A stretch of 64,000 bases of DNA from Acidobacteriota bacterium (GTDB lineage: Bacteria; Acidobacteriota; UBA4820; DSQY01), in the NCBI GenBank assembly GCA_049967655.1, contig JBMFSH010000006.1, positions 1-64,000 of the forward strand, read 5' to 3'. Under the pieces are notes generated by a model. That model saw only the letters and a list, made by a program, of their open reading frames with translations, was not told where the DNA came from and did no database searches. A program made the position numbers and the translations under genes. This document shows, piece after piece, positions 23,241 through 32,662 of this stretch. Within the stretch, counting starts at the first letter, position 1; every line of letters starts with the position of its first letter.

Positions 23241-24146
23241 TCAGCTCCAGACGAAGGGGATCGGCAAAAAGCAGAGGACGAACATCAGGATGGCGGCGAG
23301 CCCGAGTAGGACCTGAGCCGCCGAAAGCGGCTGGCTGTCGTCGATGCAGGGGGGGTGACGCAGCCCGAGGACGAAGAAGATGAGGCCCACCCAGATGATC
23401 CACTGGGGATGGAACAGGGCAAAAGCCAAGCAGACCAAGCCCAGGGCCAGGCTGACGACCCGATGGCGGCTCCTCAGGAAGCCGTAGAGGACGTGCCCGC
23501 CGTCCAGCTGGCCGATGGGGATGAGATTCAGGCCCTGCACGAAGAAGCCGATCCAAGCCGCCAGCAGCACCGGGTTTTCGAAGAAGGTGAGCTGGTGGGA
23601 CCAGTGGTGGGTCATCACTCCGCGCAGGGCCCAGAAGGCCAGGGGAAGGTTCACGTTCATGCCCAGGTCCGCCGGCGAGTGGTAACCGGCCAGGCCCAGC
23701 CAGAAGCCCAGCAGAGCCACCAGGACGCTGGCGCCGAACCCCCACAAGGGTCCCATGGCGCCGACCTCCATGAGGATGCCGCGCGTGGCGATGGGGCTCT
23801 TCAGGCGGATGAAGGCGCCGAAGGTGCCCAAGGACAGGTAGGGCGGGCCGGGAATGAAGTAGGGCCACGTGACCCGGATTCCGTAACGCCGGGCCGTCAG
23901 GAAGTGGCCCATTTCGTGAACGCCCAGAATGAACAGGAGAGGTACCGCGAAGGGCGCTCCCAGGAAGATGGCCAGGGGATGATGGAGCATGTACCGCAGG
24001 TGCTCCAAGATTCCCATGTCGTAGAATTCCGGCAACAGGAGCACGCCGGCGTAGAGGGTGGTCCAAAGAGTCGCCGCCAGCAAAACACCATGGCGAAACC
24101 TGAAGGGTTCGGGCTGGGGCAGCTGGACTACGTAGAACTGGTCCAA
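23241..24146 (-). CDS. Site-2 protease (peptidase M50)
   Basis: HEMGH and NLIPIGQLDGGH in a hydrophobic protein. Confidence 0.92.
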   Translation of the reverse strand: MDQFYVVQLPQPEPFRFRHGVLLAATLWTTLYAGVLLLPEFYDMGILEHLRYMLHHPLAIFLGAPFAVPLLFILGVHEMGHFLTARRYGIRVTWPYFIPGPPYLSLGTFGAFIRLKSPIATRGILMEVGAMGPLWGFGASVLVALLGFWLGLAGYHSPADLGMNVNLPLAFWALRGVMTHHWSHQLTFFENPVLLAAWIGFFVQGLNLIPIGQLDGGHVLYGFLRSRHRVVSLALGLVCLAFALFHPQWIIWVGLIFFVLGLRHPPCIDDSQPLSAAQVLLGLAAILMFVLCFLPIPFVWS

Positions 24147-24149
24147 GTC

Positions 24150-24413
24150 TCAGTCAAAAAAATGGCTAGAGGGCTTGAACTTGATCGTTTTACCCGGGGG
24201 GATTTGGACGGCCTCGCCCGTCTTCAGGTTCCTGCCGACCCCGCGCTTCCGTTCCTTGACCCGGAAAACCCCGAAACCACGGAATTCCACGCGCTGCCCT
24301 TCGGACAAGGCGTCTCTGATGGCATCGAAAACCGTATCCACCGCTTCCTGAGCCTTGAGCTTGGGGAGATTGGCGGTCTTCGCTACTTCCACAACGATGT
24401 CGGCCTTGATCAT
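24150..24413 (-). CDS. HU/IHF family DNA-binding protein
   Basis: MIKADIV, FRGFGVF, GRNLKTG, FKPS. Confidence 0.93.
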   Translation of the reverse strand: MIKADIVVEVAKTANLPKLKAQEAVDTVFDAIRDALSEGQRVEFRGFGVFRVKERKRGVGRNLKTGEAVQIPPGKTIKFKPSSHFFD

Positions 24414-24597
24414 TACCGTTCCTCCAGACCAAGTGAAATCGGCACTATAGAGAGCTTTGGGAGGGCTGTCAAGGCTGGCCGGGCCGCCCGGCAAGCCCGG
24501 CGCCTTCGCGACTCCAGACCCACGCGGCCATGAGACCGGAGCGATCCGGATGGCGCCGGGCGGGACCGACCCTCCTGAAGCCGTTCCCTGCCAGGGC

Positions 24598-24936
24598 TCA
24601 CCGGAAGGATCCGACGGCCTCCGCCAATGAATCATAGGATTCGAACACGGCGGCAAGCTGCGTGATCGACAGGAGGTCCTTGGTCTTCTTGGTCAGGTTG
24701 GCCAGCTTCAGGGTCGCCCCCTGGTGACGCGCAGTGGTGTAAGCCGCCACCAGTTCTCCGAGCCCCGTGGAATCCATGAAGGACACCTCGCCCAGATCCA
24801 CCACGATGCTCTTCTTTCCCTTGGCCAGGAGGTCCTTGATCACATCGCGCATGGTCACGTCACCGGCGCCCAGCGTGATGGCCCCCTTCAGTTCGAGCAC
24901 GCTAACCCCGTCTTTCTCATAGGTTCGATGATTCAT
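24598..24936 (-). CDS. STAS-domain anti-sigma antagonist (RsbV/SpoIIAA-like)
   Basis: VDLGEVSFMDSTGLGEL containing the phosphorylatable Ser. Confidence 0.92.
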   Translation of the reverse strand: MNHRTYEKDGVSVLELKGAITLGAGDVTMRDVIKDLLAKGKKSIVVDLGEVSFMDSTGLGELVAAYTTARHQGATLKLANLTKKTKDLLSITQLAAVFESYDSLAEAVGSFR

Positions 24937-25436
24937 TCAGATTCCTCCTTAGATCCGCGTTTATCCAGATTGACCGTCATCACGAGGCCGAACCTCCCGC
25001 CGGCATCTCGAATGAATTGCGCTTGATCGGTGAACTGCCGGATGAGAAAGATCCCCCGGCCGTTGGGTTTGAGAAGGTTTTCGGGCTCCCTCGGATCGGA
25101 CAGCTTGCTCGTGTTGAATCCCGGACCCTCGTCCCACACCGTCATCGTGAAGGCCTCCGGAGTACCGACCATCTCCACCTCGATCCACTTGGCGGGCTCT
25201 TTCTTGTTCCCGTGGAGGACGGCGTTGTTGACCGCCTCCCTGAGGGCCAGCGCCACCCAGTCCATCCGGTCGGCGGGAATGGGGATCTCACGGGCCACCT
25301 GGGCCAGGACCGTGTGGAAGAGATCGGTGTACTTCAGGTGGGAGTGGACGCGGATGGAAATCCGAAGCGATTCCGGTCGGGATTGCGTCAGGCTCTTTCC
25401 CTTGCCGGCATTTAGTGTTGAATCGGCCAGCTTCAT
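24933..25436 (-). CDS. RsbW/SpoIIAB-like serine kinase
   Basis: EAVNNAVLHGN, DEGPGF, GRGIFLI. Confidence 0.92.
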   Translation of the reverse strand: MKLADSTLNAGKGKSLTQSRPESLRISIRVHSHLKYTDLFHTVLAQVAREIPIPADRMDWVALALREAVNNAVLHGNKKEPAKWIEVEMVGTPEAFTMTVWDEGPGFNTSKLSDPREPENLLKPNGRGIFLIRQFTDQAQFIRDAGGRFGLVMTVNLDKRGSKEESE

Positions 25437-25559
25437 GAGCGCTCTCCCTTCCCTCTGGAATGCAAATTATAGAGATCGGCGCTCCGGGGGTCAACCGGCC
25501 GTCGGGGCAAATGCCGCCGGGGCAAACTGGCCGCCCGGCGCCGGACGCCTCGGGCGGGC

Positions 25560-27314
25560 TCACTGGACCACGATGATCCTGTTCTTGCCCGCCTGCTTGG
25601 CCCCGTAAAGGGCCTCGTCCAGCTTTCGGAGGAGGGTCGGCAGGTCCTGCTCTCCCTTGAGGTGGTCGGAGTGGAGCAGGCTGATCGAGCATCCCATGAC
25701 CAGTCCGCCCGCCTCCTCCTTGGGAAGCGCCTGGGTGGCGAAGCTCGACCGGATCCGCTCGGCCTTCTCGTGAGCCGCCTTCTCCTTGCAGCCCAGGAGG
25801 AGCACGATGAACTCGTCCCCGCCGTATCGCGCCGGCACGTCCTCCCGCCGCAGCGTCCGCCGCAGGAGGTCTCCGATCCGGTGGAGGACCTTGTCTCCCA
25901 TGGCGTGCCCCAGATGGTCGTTCACCGCTTTGAAGTCGTCCAGGTCGATCATGAGCAAGGCGAAGGGAGCTCTGTGGCGGCTTGAAAAGGAGAGCTCCTC
26001 CTCCAGGCGGTAGAGGAAGTAGGACCGGTTGTACAGTCCCGTGAGCGGATCCTGGATGGCCTGGAGATGAAGGAAGCAGTTTTCGAGCGCTACCTCCAGG
26101 GACTGGGCGCAGAGTTCGAGCAGCTCCCGCTTTTTCTCCAGGGGAACCTCGGATTGGTAGGAGTAGACGACGATGCCGCCAAAGGGCTCCCCCCCATGGA
26201 GAAGGGGGAGACCGAAGACCGAAGGCGGGATCATGAAGGGGGCCGTCTCGAGCGGCTGGAGGAACTCGAAGAGCCTTTCGCCGAGGCGCCTGCTGGGCTC
26301 GCTCAGCGGGAGCTGGTCGTACTGGAATCGGCGCTCCTCGGGAAGGTAGGTGGATCGACTCTTCTCGCCTTCGACCTGAACCAGGTAGATGGTCGTCGCG
26401 TACCGCTGGTAGAAGACCACTCCTATCCCGTCGGCCGGAAGCCACTGGGCGAGCGAACGCGTGAAGGACTCCACCATGGGCATGACGTCCAGGTCGGAGC
26501 TGGCGGCAGCCGACACGCGGCTCAGAATGGTCAAATCCTCGACCCGGTTCCTCAGCTCATCCTGCGTTTTCGTCAGTTTGCTCAGCAGCCAGGAGCCCGC
26601 CAGAACGAAGAGCCCCAGAACGAGAAAGGAGAGAGTTCCGATCTTGATAGCCACGATGGTCAGCAGGTAGCCCAGCGTGCAGATGACGAAGCTGTAGGCC
26701 AAGTCCACGGTCACCGCTTCGCACCAGAACTGCTTCAGGTTCGAGCGCCGGAGGTATTCGCTGGGCGTGAAGAAGACGTTGTTGACCACCACGTAGACGA
26801 CGAAGGCCACCAGAGCCGCCCAAAGCTCGGTTGGGGTCCCCTGGGGGGGAATGCTTCCGCCGGCCGCGCTGTAAGCGATCCAGGCGAACCCCAGCCTGAG
26901 CAGGCGGTTCCCGGAGGTCCCCAGGGTGAGGTACCGGATGACCCTCCTGGGAGCCTCGTCCCGCCTGAGGCGATTGAAATAACTGTAGCCCGCCGAGAGG
27001 AGGGCCAGGCCCGCGCCCGCCGCTGGCGAGACCAGGAAGAGGGCCACCAGGGCGAAGGAGATGTCGAAGGAGACGTAGTAGTTGTTTGACCCCATCCCGA
27101 ACTTGAAGTGCATGGCCAGGAATGACGCGGCCAGGAGAAGCACCAGCAGGGCCCAGGGGCTTCCTTCCCCCAACCCCCAGACCTGGATTTTGGGATCGTG
27201 AATGATGGCGAAGCTTCCGGATGGGCCATAACAGCCGATGGCAATCCAGAGCGCCAGGCCCATGGCAAACTGCGCGCATTCGTAGAGGCCTTGGAGTCGC
27301 TCTTTTCCCGCCAT
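25560..27314 (-). CDS. Membrane-anchored diguanylate cyclase (multi-TM, GAF-like, GGDEF)
   Basis: DPLTGLYNR, DLDDFKAVND, RRED inhibitory site, RYGGDEF. Confidence 0.93.
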   Translation of the reverse strand: MAGKERLQGLYECAQFAMGLALWIAIGCYGPSGSFAIIHDPKIQVWGLGEGSPWALLVLLLAASFLAMHFKFGMGSNNYYVSFDISFALVALFLVSPAAGAGLALLSAGYSYFNRLRRDEAPRRVIRYLTLGTSGNRLLRLGFAWIAYSAAGGSIPPQGTPTELWAALVAFVVYVVVNNVFFTPSEYLRRSNLKQFWCEAVTVDLAYSFVICTLGYLLTIVAIKIGTLSFLVLGLFVLAGSWLLSKLTKTQDELRNRVEDLTILSRVSAAASSDLDVMPMVESFTRSLAQWLPADGIGVVFYQRYATTIYLVQVEGEKSRSTYLPEERRFQYDQLPLSEPSRRLGERLFEFLQPLETAPFMIPPSVFGLPLLHGGEPFGGIVVYSYQSEVPLEKKRELLELCAQSLEVALENCFLHLQAIQDPLTGLYNRSYFLYRLEEELSFSSRHRAPFALLMIDLDDFKAVNDHLGHAMGDKVLHRIGDLLRRTLRREDVPARYGGDEFIVLLLGCKEKAAHEKAERIRSSFATQALPKEEAGGLVMGCSISLLHSDHLKGEQDLPTLLRKLDEALYGAKQAGKNRIIVVQ

Positions 27315-27384
27315 TTGTTGAGCCTACGCCAAAACGGCTCGAATGAGAAGGGTGCATGCACCCCGCGGGCCTTGCCCCGCCAGC

Positions 27385-28602
27385 TCACTCCAAGCGGCGG
27401 ATGTACACGGCGGTGCGATCATCCGTGTATTTGCTGCCCACGCTGTAGGCGGCCACCAGATCCAGGAGGCCGCAGACCATCTGCCGGGCGTCAAAACGAT
27501 CGTAGTTTTCCCGCACGAAGGCCTGCACGCCGCCCTCTCCGAATTCTTTTCCGCTCGCATCGGTGGCTTCGCTGATACCATCCGTGAACATGATGATACT
27601 GTCCCCGGGATCCAGCTTGAAGAAGCCCCGCCGGTAGGTGCTGTCAGAGGTCGGGCCAAGGACCCGACCTCCCTCCGTCATGGGGTAGAAGCGGTCCTTC
27701 TTGAGCCTGTAATAGAAGGGAGGATTGTGGCCCGCGTTGCAGTAGATGAAGTGCCCCCCTCCCTGCTCCAGCTCGCCGTAAAACAGGGAAACGTACCGGG
27801 AGGTGAGGCGGGACCCATTGATGACGCGGTTCAGCTTCTCGAAGACCTTGACCATCTTCTGGTCCTCCGAAAGCCCCATCCTCAGGCCCATCACCACGTC
27901 CCTGGCCTGGAGGGCTGCCGGGAGGCCGTGACCCGTGGCGTCGCCTATGGCCACGCCTAGGATGTTGGGATTGATGCGGATGAAGTCGTAGACGTCTCCC
28001 CCCACCAGCTCGGCGGGCACGGAGCGCCCGAAGATGTCGAACCCCGGGAACTTCGGAGCCTCATCAGGCAGGAGGGAGAGCTGGATCTCCCGGCTCTGCA
28101 GGATGAGGCCTTCGAGCTGCTCCTTGGCCAGCTTCAGGTTGATCGCATGCCGGACCGTCGAAAGGGCAAAGAGCACGTCGTCGCGATTCTCAAGCCATTC
28201 GCGCTGGACGGTGAAGGCGATGAGGTAGGCATGGTTTGGGCCCACCGTGAGGGCCGCGAAGTGCTGTACCCCGAGCCTCTCCTCGAGGGCGGGGTCCACC
28301 CCTTCGGAATCCAGGCCCATATAGATGAATCCCTTGCGGCGAACCACCTGGATGGGCGGATAGCTTTGGGGAATGAGGTATCCGATGGGGACCGACGTGC
28401 CCGAGCCGAATTTGGCTTCAAGACGATAGCCCTGCTCATCGAGATCGTATCCGTAGAGCCTGGCCCCGGAAAAGCCGAAATCCTCCGAAAAGTCCTTCAG
28501 GATCCTCTCGATGATAAGGCCCAGGGTCTCGCGCAGGCTCTCCTGGTTTTCTATTTCGCTCAGCTGGTTTTCGACCTTGCGGAACAGCTCGTGGTAGTTC
28601 AT
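27385..28602 (-). CDS. PP2C/SpoIIE (RsbU-like) phosphatase with GAF-like N-terminus
   Basis: IQLSLLP, VGGDVYD, GDATGHG, NAGHNPP, FTDGISE, DDRT. Confidence 0.93.
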   Translation of the reverse strand: MNYHELFRKVENQLSEIENQESLRETLGLIIERILKDFSEDFGFSGARLYGYDLDEQGYRLEAKFGSGTSVPIGYLIPQSYPPIQVVRRKGFIYMGLDSEGVDPALEERLGVQHFAALTVGPNHAYLIAFTVQREWLENRDDVLFALSTVRHAINLKLAKEQLEGLILQSREIQLSLLPDEAPKFPGFDIFGRSVPAELVGGDVYDFIRINPNILGVAIGDATGHGLPAALQARDVVMGLRMGLSEDQKMVKVFEKLNRVINGSRLTSRYVSLFYGELEQGGGHFIYCNAGHNPPFYYRLKKDRFYPMTEGGRVLGPTSDSTYRRGFFKLDPGDSIIMFTDGISEATDASGKEFGEGGVQAFVRENYDRFDARQMVCGLLDLVAAYSVGSKYTDDRTAVYIRRLE

Positions 28603-29082
28603 GAGCCTTGGTCCTCCACCCTCTTTACGGTCATGAAGGCCCCTCTCCGGAGGGGCCTTTCCCTTGAGTTATCTACTCCCAGCATGAATGTGCAAGTATA
28701 GCATCACGACGACCCTTGATGGTGGAGATTGGGGCCCAATGCCGTGATCAAATTTCGCGCGTAGGAGCGGCGCCCCCGGCCAGACCGGCCGTTCCGGCCA
28801 ATCTCCCCACGGTCTCGCGTTCACCCGCGGTCACGCGAGAATGGCCATTTCCAGATGGACACTAGATAAGCTTTATGCCTCCATCGCAGAATCTGGGCTT
28901 TCACCACCGGTGGCGTGGCCTGGGCCGTGGGGCCGTGGCCCGTCCAGGAGGTAAGTGCTTGGCAGGATGCCGGCGCCACGAGAGTGGGTCTAGGCGGTTA
29001 CACTCTGTGGCCTTAGGGTAACACCCCCGTGGCCCGCTCCGCCGGAACCGCTGGATGGGAAAGCTTTTCAGAAGCGACCTAC

Positions 29083-29099
29083 TTGGCATAGTCCTTGCT
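29083..29099 (+). promoter_or_regulatory. Sigma54 (-24/-12) promoter candidate of the pilus-like operon
   Basis: TTGGCATAGTCCTTGCT has GG-N10-GC spacing and is close to TGGCACG-N4-TTGC. Confidence 0.7.
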
Positions 29100-29206
29100 T
29101 TCCAAACCCCTCTCCTCGTTGAGGGGTAGGGCCGTGATAGGGTATACTTCCGTGAACCGGAGAGGGCCTGCATGGGTTCTCCCACCAGATAGGGCAAAAT
29201 CGAACC

Positions 29207-31915
29207 GTGGGCGAGGTGCGGGTTATCGGGAAACGGGCGTTGTGGCTGGTGGCCATTTTGCTTCCCCTGGCACTCGCGGGGACCGTTGCCGCACAGGAGT
29301 CCACCGTGCCTAAACTCTCTCTGCCCGCCGATTCCGTCTCCTCCATGGTCACCATCACCTCCATCCAACCCACGGGGGAGGGCCTGCTTCTTTCGGCCAC
29401 CGGTCCCTTGCACGGCTCCATCACCCAGGAGCAGAACGTCAGCGCTCCCGGTTACGAGGGCTTTTTGACCCTCACCGTGACCCTCCCCGACGCCCGCCTC
29501 CAGGGGGTTCCGCCCCACCTCACCTGGAACAGCGGCCCCTTCTCCGAGCTGCGGGCCATTCCCTACCTCGAAGGCGGCACGCGCGGCGTCAAATTGAAGT
29601 TGGTGCCTCGCACGGCGCAGGTCTGGCTGGTGACCACCCAGGGAAACACCCTGCTCGTGGCTCCCAAGCCCGTCCCCGCCCCCCGCCGACAGGGAGAGGG
29701 AGGATTGGAGAGCCAGAGCCGCAAGAGCCTCTATTCGGGCAGCGTGGCCTTCACGGGCAGCGGCTCCTCGTCGAGCACCACGGGCAGCCCGACCCTCCAC
29801 ACGGGCCAGGGGCAGCTCGGCTTCGCTCAGAACCTCGGGGCGGCGGGAACGCTCAGGGGCTTCGTCTCCACCCTGAGCCCCCACCAGGGGCTGAGCACCC
29901 CCTACGGCGCGCTGGCCCTCTCGGGGCTGCACCTCGGGCCGGTCTGGAGCGAGTGGGCGGCGGGCGACGTGCAGACCGGCCTGGGCCAGGTCACCGGGTC
30001 GTCGAGCCTGCCCGAGACGCTCCTCCTGCGCGGCGGCGGCGTCACCCTCTTCTTCCCGGGCCGCTTCGGCCTCCAGCTCTTCGGCGGCCGGGCCGCCCAG
30101 AGCCAGTACCAGCGCCTGCCGGGTCAGCTCTCCCTCGTCAACGACCTTTCGCCCGACCACCTCTACGGCGCCCAGCTCACCTGGATCAGCGCCAAGGATT
30201 GGCTGGAACTGGGGGCGGGCTTCGTGCGCAGCCTCCCCCACGAGGCGGCGGCGGCCCGGCAGAATAACCTCTTCGAGAGTGCGGCGCTGAACTTCACCAA
30301 GAGCTACCGCCTCCGCGTGACGGCGGAGGAGTCCAGGCTCGGCGCGGGGCAGCCCCTGGCGGGCGGCGGCCGGAGCAGCGGCTACGCCCTCACCCTCGAG
30401 CCCACGGCCAGCTCGCCGAGCTTCGACGCCGGCGGCTACTACCGCCTGCTGAGCAGCGGCTTCCGTCCCCCCTTCGGCTCCAACGTTTTCGCCGACTACC
30501 GCCACAGCTACAACCTCTACGCCAACTACCACCCGAGCTGGGGCCTCATCGCCTCGGCGAGCGGCGGCCAGAGCCGGAGCTATAACTACTTCGACCCCAC
30601 CCAGGCGGGCACCCTGAGCACCTTCACGAGCGGGAGCCTGGGCTACGCCTTCTCCTCGCACTTCTCCCTCTCGGCCACGGCGAGCCGCTCCGAGTCCAAG
30701 TCGGACGTGGGGGTCCTCAACCCCACCGACAGCACCACCCACGACGCCGGGCTCACGGCCGCCTTCAGCCTCGACCGTCTCTACGGCGACCTCGCCCTCA
30801 CCCGCGAGACCACCGACGACGCCTTCACCCCCTCGCTGGGGCTCCGCTCCACCCGCCTCGACTCGGACACCACCTACCTTCTGACCGACAGCCAGAGCCT
30901 AGAGGCCCGCCTGCGCTACTACGACGCCAAGCGCCCCGACGGCCAGCGGGTGAACCGCTACTACGACGGCCAGTTCCAGTGGCAGGGCCGGACCGCCGAG
31001 CTTGGGCAGTGGAGCGTGCAGGCGGGCTACACCGTCACCCCCGCCGGCGTGGCCCAGTACGAGAGCAAGCAGCTCTCGGCGGGCCTGGGCTACCAGTCGG
31101 GGCGCTGGCTCCGTTACGGCCAGCTCGGCCTCTCCCTCGCCTACTACCGCCTCGACATCACGGGCCAGCCGAGCCGTCGCGGCGTCATCGCGCAGGTGAG
31201 CCTGGGCGGCCTCTTCGGCTGGGGCCAGGCGCCGCAGCCCGTCTCCTCCCTCGCCAGCCGCTCCCTCGTTCTGGGCCAGAGCTTCGCCCAACAGCTCCCC
31301 GTGGGGCTTCTGGAGGTGACGGCCTTCCAGGACGACAACGGCGACGGGAAGCGGGAGAAGGGCGAAGCGGGGGTCCCGGACCTCTGGGTCACCGTGGACG
31401 GCTCGCCCATGCAGACCGGCCCAAAGGGCGAGCTGCGCCTGCGCCTCGCGCCGGGCCGCCACGAGGTGGCCCTCCTGCCCAAGGGGGCGGTCTTCCAGTA
31501 CGTGGTGGAGCGGGCCGAGGCCTCGGTGGTGCTCCCGCCCCAGGGGGTCAGCCGGGTGCTGTTGCCCCTGCGGCCCGCCGGCCAGCTCTCCGGCCGGCTC
31601 CTCTTCGAGGGCGAGGGGCTCGGGCGCGGCGAGCTGGAGGGCATCCGCCTCGTGGTCCGCGGCGCGGGCTACGAGCGCGCCACCACCACGGGCCCCGGCG
31701 GCCTCTGCGCCTTCGGCACGCTCCCCGCGGGCGAGGCCGAAGTGAGCCTCGATCTGTCTACGGTTCCGGCCGCTCTCCACGTGGAGGGGCCGGCTCATCA
31801 AACCATCCGCATCACTCAAGGAGGCGAAACGACGGTACACTTCACCCTGCGACGCGCCACGGCCAAGGAACGGATTCTCGAAGGACCCACCCCGAAACCT
31901 GACAAGGAGGACTGA
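29207..31915 (+). CDS. Outer-membrane beta-barrel, usher-like protein with C-terminal SdrD-B/carboxypeptidase-regulatory-like domains
   Basis: Signal peptide, AMIN-like N-terminal region, long run of amphipathic Tyr/Gly/Ser-rich beta-strands, then FQDDNGDGKREKGEAG and a second beta-sandwich; first gene of the operon. Confidence 0.65.
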   Translation: MGEVRVIGKRALWLVAILLPLALAGTVAAQESTVPKLSLPADSVSSMVTITSIQPTGEGLLLSATGPLHGSITQEQNVSAPGYEGFLTLTVTLPDARLQGVPPHLTWNSGPFSELRAIPYLEGGTRGVKLKLVPRTAQVWLVTTQGNTLLVAPKPVPAPRRQGEGGLESQSRKSLYSGSVAFTGSGSSSSTTGSPTLHTGQGQLGFAQNLGAAGTLRGFVSTLSPHQGLSTPYGALALSGLHLGPVWSEWAAGDVQTGLGQVTGSSSLPETLLLRGGGVTLFFPGRFGLQLFGGRAAQSQYQRLPGQLSLVNDLSPDHLYGAQLTWISAKDWLELGAGFVRSLPHEAAAARQNNLFESAALNFTKSYRLRVTAEESRLGAGQPLAGGGRSSGYALTLEPTASSPSFDAGGYYRLLSSGFRPPFGSNVFADYRHSYNLYANYHPSWGLIASASGGQSRSYNYFDPTQAGTLSTFTSGSLGYAFSSHFSLSATASRSESKSDVGVLNPTDSTTHDAGLTAAFSLDRLYGDLALTRETTDDAFTPSLGLRSTRLDSDTTYLLTDSQSLEARLRYYDAKRPDGQRVNRYYDGQFQWQGRTAELGQWSVQAGYTVTPAGVAQYESKQLSAGLGYQSGRWLRYGQLGLSLAYYRLDITGQPSRRGVIAQVSLGGLFGWGQAPQPVSSLASRSLVLGQSFAQQLPVGLLEVTAFQDDNGDGKREKGEAGVPDLWVTVDGSPMQTGPKGELRLRLAPGRHEVALLPKGAVFQYVVERAEASVVLPPQGVSRVLLPLRPAGQLSGRLLFEGEGLGRGELEGIRLVVRGAGYERATTTGPGGLCAFGTLPAGEAEVSLDLSTVPAALHVEGPAHQTIRITQGGETTVHFTLRRATAKERILEGPTPKPDKED

Positions 31916-31918
31916 CCC

Positions 31919-32605
31919 ATGAAAAAACCCACCACTCTCATCCTGGCGGCCCTCGTCGCCGCCGCCCTGCCCCTCACGGCCCTCGCCGCCGGCGGCGGGC
32001 CCAAGACCGGAGCCTCCCCCAAGACCTCCTACACGAACCTCACCGTGACCATCCCCGGCGTGGTCGGCATCGACATCGAGACCGACCTGACGTGGGACTT
32101 CGGCTCCTACCCGGCGGGTAAAATCAGCTCCCCTTCGCCGAACAACCTCTTCCCGCCCCCGCCCTTCAATACGGCCGCCGCCTACTGGACGCCGACGGCG
32201 GCCACGACGACCTCCGGTGCGCCCGCCCCCGCTCCCACCTGGACGGCCCCTGCCGGCACCACCGGCGCGGCCGCCATCTGGATGGCCGTTTTCTGCAACA
32301 TCAACACCGGCACTTTGACCTTCACCTCCACCTTGGGGAGCTGGAGTGCATCGGATCCCTTTAGCGGAACGGTGTCCGTCCAGGAGGCTGGGGATACGAG
32401 CAACAACGCCTTCGGCATCGGCGGAACGTCTTGGGCTTCGCTCTCTTCTACGGCGACTTCACTGACCAAGGGCACGGCGACAGCCACCTTCAACTGGACC
32501 CGCGCCGACCAGCTCTTCCAGCTCTATACGAACAACGTCGGGACGGCGACCTTCGTGCCCGGCACCTATACCAACACGGTGACCATCTCCATCGCCAAGG
32601 GGTAA
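31919..32605 (+). CDS. Secreted pilin-like subunit 1 (probable major subunit)
   Basis: Signal peptide, Thr/Ala-rich, N-terminal LTVTIP strand, C-terminal PGTYTNTVTISI as in Csu/spore-coat-U/WxL-type subunits. Confidence 0.65.
   Translation: MKKPTTLILAALVAAALPLTALAAGGGPKTGASPKTSYTNLTVTIPGVVGIDIETDLTWDFGSYPAGKISSPSPNNLFPPPPFNTAAAYWTPTAATTTSGAPAPAPTWTAPAGTTGAAAIWMAVFCNINTGTLTFTSTLGSWSASDPFSGTVSVQEAGDTSNNAFGIGGTSWASLSSTATSLTKGTATATFNWTRADQLFQLYTNNVGTATFVPGTYTNTVTISIAKG
32038..32245 (+). repeat. 208-bp identical intragenic block, copy 1
   Basis: Identical to 32782-32989 (offset 744). Confidence 0.93.
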
Positions 32606-32616
32606 CGTTCATCTTC

Positions 32617-32648
32617 CCCCCGCCCGCGTCTCCGGGCGCGGGCGGGGG
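32617..32648 (+). other. GC-rich 12-bp intergenic hairpin after pilin 1
   Basis: cccccgcccgcg / cgcgggcggggg with no T tail. Confidence 0.6.
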
Positions 32649-32662
32649 CCACGGGGGTTTGG

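Noticed and set aside
28610..29206. c-di-GMP riboswitch before the pilus-like operon
   Set aside because: Class I core (GGCAAAC..GAAA..GACGCAAAG) not found by eye; an Infernal scan would settle it
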